Shown piece by piece: positions 58,993 to 64,000 of a DNA stretch of 64,000 bases. Made by a program: the position numbers and the translations under genes. The stretch comes from an uncultured Bacteroidales bacterium. Its GTDB lineage: Bacteria; Bacteroidota; Bacteroidia; Bacteroidales; ML635J-15. The stretch lies in contig CAYUWD010000004.1 in assembly GCA_964448235.1 (NCBI GenBank), positions 4,878 to 68,877 of the forward strand. The letters run 5' to 3'. Every line of letters starts with the position of its first letter. Within the stretch, counting starts at the first letter, position 1. The notes under the pieces were generated by a model that saw nothing but the letters and a program-made list of their open reading frames with translations, ran no database searches and was not told the origin of the DNA.

Positions 58993-59443
58993 AACATTTC
59001 AATATTATCCCCAAATATGCCTCAAAGACTTTACCGTTGAGTGATTCATCAAATGTTAATTCTGTAAAATAACGCATCAAGTCTGATTCCAAACCTTTTG
59101 GAACTTTGTCCCCACACACATTGAAATTTACAATCTCATAAGCTACAAGCTTTCCATCCTCACCTATTTTCATTATAACACGTAAAGCAACCCGAGGACA
59201 ATCTGAACAATTAACTTTTATCTTATATTTCTCAAGAGTAGGATTTAGAACATTAACTTTCCAATCATCTTCTATTCTCTGCCAATCATCATATGCATTA
59301 TCATCAAGTTCCCAGGCTTTTACACTTTGTTCTTCAATTTTATCAACTCTAAAAGCTATTACTTCGTCGGACACCTCTGCTTGAGGCTTACAAGCAATTA
59401 TTATTGTAGTAAAAAATATCAGTGCTAATAATTTATATTTCAT
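58991..59443 (-). CDS. Hypothetical lipoprotein
   Basis: Signal peptide with lipobox (FFTTIIIAC). No recognised domain. Confidence 0.55.
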   Translation of the reverse strand: MKYKLLALIFFTTIIIACKPQAEVSDEVIAFRVDKIEEQSVKAWELDDNAYDDWQRIEDDWKVNVLNPTLEKYKIKVNCSDCPRVALRVIMKIGEDGKLVAYEIVNFNVCGDKVPKGLESDLMRYFTELTFDESLNGKVFEAYLGIILKC

Positions 59444-59457
59444 GATTTACATATTTA

Positions 59458-59843
59458 TCAGTTCATCTGCATTTGTGATAATAACCATTTTTCTCCACCT
59501 TCAATAGTATTAAATGTTGCCAAATGATAATCTCTTATACTTTAAACACTATTTTCAAAAAGCATGCTCATAGCTGTTTGACCAGGGCTTTCAACTAAAA
59601 GTGCTACGTATATTTTATCAAACTTTTTCATAAGCTCATTAATCTTTCCTATAATATTACATAGTCATTCTTACTAAAAGTAGAAAATAATTCTCTCGCA
59701 TCTTCAAGCACATAGAGCTTATCCAGATAATCATATTTTGAACTTAGTTCATTGATATGATTAATTAAATCCTCATGACTTATATCACCCTGTCTCTGTA
59801 CCCGAACAATTCCGGTATTCTCATCAAAAAAATTCTTTATCAT
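59458..59843 (-). pseudogene. Decayed small gene (about 128 codons), possibly STAS/SpoIIAA-like
   Basis: The 64-aa ORF ends at a TAG (59649-59651). Translation continues in another frame as GKINELMKKFDKIYVALLVESPGQTAMSMLFENSV, then an in-frame TAA, then SIRDYHLATFNTIEGGEKWLLSQMQMN*. That is one frameshift plus one premature stop. Confidence 0.45.
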
Positions 59844-59962
59844 ATAGCAATCAACAATCTATATATCGACCAAAAGTACGAAAAATATGATATTATACAT
59901 TTTTTTACGAATTGTAATTATTGTATAAAATATTTAACAATAAATTTACCTGACAGATATGT

Positions 59963-60874
59963 TCATTCAACCTCTAAAATTGCGCATATCCTTTCCCAAT
60001 ACAATGGTGCATACACAAACGCATCATCGCTGGTATATGGAATATTATCCACACCAGCATAGACCTGTATAAGATCCTGTGTATTAAAACTAATCGTCCC
60101 ATTCATAACTACAGTCCCCCCATCGATAGGGCTGTTGAATATCATATTGTTATATTTTTGACTCCTGATAACAAGGTCTTGTTCAGGAATAGCGATAGGA
60201 CAATCATCAGACAAATCAACATATTCACCGTTTGGATTAACAACATAAGTTGAATCTGTTTTACCGAAAATATAATAGATAACAAGATTTGTTTTTGCAT
60301 AAGGAAAAATCTTGTCAATCATGGCGTATTGATTAACTGTAATAACATTATTGATGATTTGTTCATCAGGAAACATTTCCAATTGATCAACATTATATTC
60401 CTCCGGTAAATGTATCTCCTGAATAAAATTATAGGGAATAAAGTAAAAGTAAATAAAGTCAATCTCTTCATCCTGAAATAATCCGTCATTGTACAAATTC
60501 CCTGCAATTAAAGGTTCAAAGTTAACAACATTATTTTCCGAAAAGTCAATATATCTTGATGTATCCGTAGGGCTTAGCGTTGCACCGTTTTGATTTATAT
60601 ACTGCAACATATTTGCATCATTTGTTGAAAAATTCAACACTGTGTCAATATAACCTATTGTCCATATATGTGCAGTAAACTTTGTAGGTGTTAAACTCGT
60701 AATGTAGTCACCAAATTGTGTATATAAACTGTCGGTAACTTTAGTGTTCTTACTTAGATTTATTTCTTCGGACGTAAAATTGATTTTATATATAACTGTT
60801 CCCCCTTCAGGTTCTTCATTTTTACAAGAATTTAGGAACAACAAAATGATGAGAAAATAATATATCCTCTTCAT
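59963..60874 (-). CDS. Hypothetical lipoprotein
   Basis: Lipobox LFLNSC. No recognised domain. Confidence 0.55.
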   Translation of the reverse strand: MKRIYYFLIILLFLNSCKNEEPEGGTVIYKINFTSEEINLSKNTKVTDSLYTQFGDYITSLTPTKFTAHIWTIGYIDTVLNFSTNDANMLQYINQNGATLSPTDTSRYIDFSENNVVNFEPLIAGNLYNDGLFQDEEIDFIYFYFIPYNFIQEIHLPEEYNVDQLEMFPDEQIINNVITVNQYAMIDKIFPYAKTNLVIYYIFGKTDSTYVVNPNGEYVDLSDDCPIAIPEQDLVIRSQKYNNMIFNSPIDGGTVVMNGTISFNTQDLIQVYAGVDNIPYTSDDAFVYAPLYWERICAILEVE

Positions 60875-60969
60875 GACTGGTTTTGGTTTTGGTTTTGGTA
60901 ACTATCGTTAGTTATACGAAATGAAAATAATTTAGTTATAGCAATATGAAACTAATGCTTACTAAAATT

Positions 60970-62385
60970 TTAATACACAAAATCCTCAACTGCAGTTTTT
61001 CTACTTTCAACATGCGAATGCAATTGAGTAAATGCATTTTCAAAATCAGAATCTGAATTCAGGAAAGTAAAATTAACAATTTCGCCATCACTGCCGGTAA
61101 CATAAGGTTTAATCAAATCATAATGATGATCGTATATACCATGCATTCTTGAAGGTTCAAAAGAAGTATTTACAAATTCAATAAGATAATCCTTATAAAC
61201 TTGGCGATAATCCGGTTGATTCATTAAAAAACGTATTAATGGCCAATCGGGTCCAACTTCAGTTAAATCAAGTTCAAGCGCACTATTGACACCTCCATCA
61301 CTTTGTAAAGCTTCATTATTATCCCATGGAATCCATTTAATAAGGTCATCAGCAGGATCGTGATATAAATAATAATTATGTGTCATCCTACCATAAGTAT
61401 CCCAATTTTGCATTGTGGTGTTTGCAGCTAACCATTTTAGAAAATAATCCACATCTAATATAGATTCCAAATCTTCGCTCCACTCTATCTGATTACTAAA
61501 TCTTCGCTCATCGTGCAGAATTGTATATAGCTCTTCTACATCACTCCAATCTGCCAGTTCTTCATTAGTCTTTTTGGTAAAATTAAAAATATTAAAACTG
61601 CCTAATGAAAAAGATGCTCCCTGATCCTCAGGTTTGTAACAATTACCAGAATCAGATCCAAATTGGTCTTGAAGCATAGTATCAAAAACTATCTCCACTA
61701 GCGTATAAAGACCAAAATAAACAGGGCCATCACCATAATCAACATATAATCGGCAAAAACTTGTGTGAGCAGCATTTATCCCAAAATCACGAAATAAATC
61801 TGATGCAATTTTCTCTCTAACTAGTGACATATCTCTAAAGTTATTACCTAATGATAATTGCTGGAATCCATAAAATGTCTGACCTGTAATCTGAGGATAG
61901 TCATCAGCAAAGTGATCAAATTCCAATCTAAAGGGTAGCTTCATAATTCCTTGTTGAGTAGCTGATCTCAGGCTGGAATTCCCTTTAAATCTAATTCCAA
62001 CATAATACCATTCTTTATCATTATGAAAAACAGAACACGGAACATAAATTGGGTTATCTGATTCAGATTCAATAATTATTTCTTCTTCCTCCACTTCTTC
62101 ATGTTGCTGTCCGGGAGGTGGAGGTAGTTGATGATTATCAACTCCGAAGCGGTCTTCCAAATCATCTGTCATCAACTCCCAATATACCGGATCAATAACA
62201 ATATCTAATCTGATTACCTCATCATCATTAAACACAATACTATAATCTGGCGTTGCCAAGCTACTATGTGTCGAAGTACTCCAGTCTGAAAGACCTTCTC
62301 CTCCTTCAAAGATTTCTTCTTTATAACATGAGCTTAACAAAATTAATATTATTAAGCCTGATATTAAAATGTTTCTATTCTTCAT
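60970..62385 (-). CDS. CotH-family (atypical kinase fold) lipoprotein
   Basis: Lipobox LLSSC. CotH-like stretches FRLEFDHF...GFQQLSLGNNFRDMSLVREKIASDLFR...FGLYTLVE...NYYLYHDP...WIPWDNNEAL. Confidence 0.65.
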   Translation of the reverse strand: MKNRNILISGLIILILLSSCYKEEIFEGGEGLSDWSTSTHSSLATPDYSIVFNDDEVIRLDIVIDPVYWELMTDDLEDRFGVDNHQLPPPPGQQHEEVEEEEIIIESESDNPIYVPCSVFHNDKEWYYVGIRFKGNSSLRSATQQGIMKLPFRLEFDHFADDYPQITGQTFYGFQQLSLGNNFRDMSLVREKIASDLFRDFGINAAHTSFCRLYVDYGDGPVYFGLYTLVEIVFDTMLQDQFGSDSGNCYKPEDQGASFSLGSFNIFNFTKKTNEELADWSDVEELYTILHDERRFSNQIEWSEDLESILDVDYFLKWLAANTTMQNWDTYGRMTHNYYLYHDPADDLIKWIPWDNNEALQSDGGVNSALELDLTEVGPDWPLIRFLMNQPDYRQVYKDYLIEFVNTSFEPSRMHGIYDHHYDLIKPYVTGSDGEIVNFTFLNSDSDFENAFTQLHSHVESRKTAVEDFVY

Positions 62386-62397
62386 AATACTTGGTTT

Positions 62398-63096
62398 TTA
62401 TTTTAGTAAGTTACCAAAATCGTATTTATAACCTATACCTATCACATGAATCATTTTTGAATAACCTAAACCTAAGGGTTTATCAATCTGATAAAATCCT
62501 TCAATTGTTCCAAACTTTCCTAAATCATAATCTGTACCCATTCTTATCCGAAGATTTTCAAAATATGGAATTGTGTATCTTTCGTATTGTCTGAAAATTT
62601 CAGCACTAAAAACAGGATCAAACTTCCAGTTCTTAATTTTATACTCTCCTTTTAAACGAAATCTGTAATTATGTCTAGGGTAATCACCCATTTCTTTTGT
62701 TTCACCAATATCATTTCTGTTAGTGTACCGAAATCTTGCGTTTAATCGCAACTGATTAAAAGAATGCTTATAAGTAAAATCAAGATTAAATCTTTGTTCT
62801 TTATCTTTTTCAATATCATCATTCATATCACTTATAAAACGATAACCCATACCAACATACAAGTGTTTCTTAATTATTGTATATCTAATAGAACCATCGG
62901 TAAAATACTCATCTATACTTGTTGAATTTTTTTGAAGTCGCAACTGTTCTTCAATTCCAAAGTCCCACCTGCTTCCCAGACCAGCTTCTACAGCAATACA
63001 CGACCATGTTTCTAAATCTCTGGTTACAACAGATGTTTGCGCAAAAGAACATAAGAATAAAACGATACCTAGAAAACTGACAACTATTCTTTTCAT
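62398..63096 (-). CDS. Putative outer-membrane beta-barrel protein (DUF2490-like)
   Basis: Signal peptide, alternating hydrophobic pattern, C-terminal aromatic-rich GIGYKYDF. Confidence 0.45.
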   Translation of the reverse strand: MKRIVVSFLGIVLFLCSFAQTSVVTRDLETWSCIAVEAGLGSRWDFGIEEQLRLQKNSTSIDEYFTDGSIRYTIIKKHLYVGMGYRFISDMNDDIEKDKEQRFNLDFTYKHSFNQLRLNARFRYTNRNDIGETKEMGDYPRHNYRFRLKGEYKIKNWKFDPVFSAEIFRQYERYTIPYFENLRIRMGTDYDLGKFGTIEGFYQIDKPLGLGYSKMIHVIGIGYKYDFGNLLK

Positions 63097-63359
63097 ATAA
63101 TTGGTTTAGTAAATTAGCAATACAATGCCTTAATTAACAATTTTACTATAATTTGACAATTACTTTTAACTAAGGTTTAATTAATAACAAAAAAATACGC
63201 TTTTGTATTATTTGATTTTAATACAATAATACTAAAAATATATGTAGTGCAAAAACAATCAGAAGTTTAGGCAAAATTTCCCGTTATTCTATTGTTATAT
63301 GTCTATAAATAATTATTCAATTTAATAATATCAGATATCATTTTCATAAATCGCATTTG

Positions 63360-63373
63360 GTTGGAATTCCAAC
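63360..63373. promoter_or_regulatory. 14-bp perfect palindrome, candidate MarR operator
   Basis: gttggaattccaac, 21 nt upstream of the marR-like ATG, abutting a TAttTTG element (63374-63380) that resembles the Bacteroidota -7 box. Confidence 0.4.
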
Positions 63374-63394
63374 TATTTTGCATATCTTTGCATT

Positions 63395-63859
63395 ATGAAA
63401 ACCGAAAACAACATTCAAGAACGTTCAGCCGGAAGGATAATAGATGAATTATCAAGAGCTGCGCATGTCTATTTTCATTCCGAATTTCAAAATCATTCTA
63501 TTGGACATGCACAGATAAAAACACTTTTACACATTTCAAGAAACGAAGGTTTATCACAATTAGACCTTTCAGAGACATTACGGCTTGATAAATCATCTGT
63601 AACATCACAACTTCAGATACTTGAAAAGAACGGATTTATAATCAGACAGCCTTCTAAAAAAGACGGAAGAAAGCATTGTATAATGCTAACGAACAAAACG
63701 CACGAAATACTTGAACCACTGAAACAGGTCTTTTCATCATGGACCACCACCTTATTAAAAGGGTTCAATGATGTTGAAAAAGAAGAATTGTTCCTATATC
63801 TTGAAAGAATGCAGCACAATGCAAGAGAGAAACTTGAATTGATAAAAACAAAAAAGTAA
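63395..63859 (+). CDS. MarR-family transcriptional regulator
   Basis: Winged-helix pattern LSQLDLSETLRLDKSSVTSQLQILEKNGFIIRQPSKKDGRK. Confidence 0.85.
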   Translation: MKTENNIQERSAGRIIDELSRAAHVYFHSEFQNHSIGHAQIKTLLHISRNEGLSQLDLSETLRLDKSSVTSQLQILEKNGFIIRQPSKKDGRKHCIMLTNKTHEILEPLKQVFSSWTTTLLKGFNDVEKEELFLYLERMQHNAREKLELIKTKK

Positions 63860-63872
63860 TTTCAGAATTTTT

Positions 63873-64000
63873 ATGGGGAAAAGAAGCAAAAATCTCACAG
63901 AAGGAAATATAAAATCTCAACTTTATAAATTAACTTGGCCAATGCTGCTTGGCATGATGGGAATTGTTATATTCAATCTTGTTGACACTTATTTTGTAGG
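63873..64000 (+). CDS. MATE-family efflux transporter, 3'-truncated by the window edge
   Basis: Manual translation from the ATG at 63873 gives MGKRSKNLTEGNIKSQLYKLTWPMLLGMMGIVIFNLVDTYFVG, the typical MATE N-terminus. Confidence 0.7.
   Translation, partial: MGKRSKNLTEGNIKSQLYKLTWPMLLGMMGIVIFNLVDTYFV

Noticed and set aside
60879-60898. (GGTTTT)x3.3 simple repeat immediately upstream of the lipoprotein gene start, as a possible phase-variation tract
   Set aside because: There are only about three units, too short to argue for slipped-strand switching without population data.
1-64000. Phage-defence islands, toxin-antitoxin pairs, integrases/transposases, tRNA or rRNA genes
   Set aside because: None of the translated ORFs shows the corresponding motifs. 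No tRNA-like T-arm or acceptor patterns were spotted by eye in the intergenic regions. A tRNAscan/Infernal run would be needed for certainty.

Overview
Visibly AT-rich chromosomal segment, almost certainly from an anaerobic member of the Bacteroidota. Supporting evidence: several T9SS type-A and type-B C-terminal sorting domains, a PorP/SprF gene, the rpmB-rpmG-DUF4295-ftsY synteny and lipoprotein signal peptides. No rRNA, tRNA, CRISPR array, transposase, integrase or obvious prophage or defence genes were seen. The window contains dnaA and a candidate oriC at about 32 kb. It is mostly housekeeping and secreted-protein genes. The most unusual block is a co-directional minus-strand cluster at 11.5-25.6 kb. 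It holds a trimeric NuoE/NuoF-type (bifurcating-type) [FeFe]-hydrogenase (hydC-hydB-hydA), the maturases hydG and hydF (no hydE), and a dense signalling set. That set includes a hydrogenase-like H-cluster domain fused directly to a histidine kinase (candidate H2 sensor kinase), two stand-alone receivers, a receiver-kinase hybrid, and a Cache-PAS kinase with a LuxR-type regulator. A second unusual unit lies at 33.4-37.6 kb. There, a SiaB-like/SiaC-like (DUF1987) pair is translationally coupled to a T9SS type-B cargo gene and its PorP/SprF partner. At the nucleotide level there are three intergenic elements of about 190-260 bp bounded by inverted repeats, a 43-nt perfect inverted copy 51 kb from its partner, a 38-bp perfect palindrome, a GC-rich 14-bp minisatellite, a 15-bp x3 repeat, near-identical 234-bp intragenic repeats in a giant adhesin gene, and a decayed small gene. 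All calls rest on reading motifs in the supplied translations and sequence; no database search was run.
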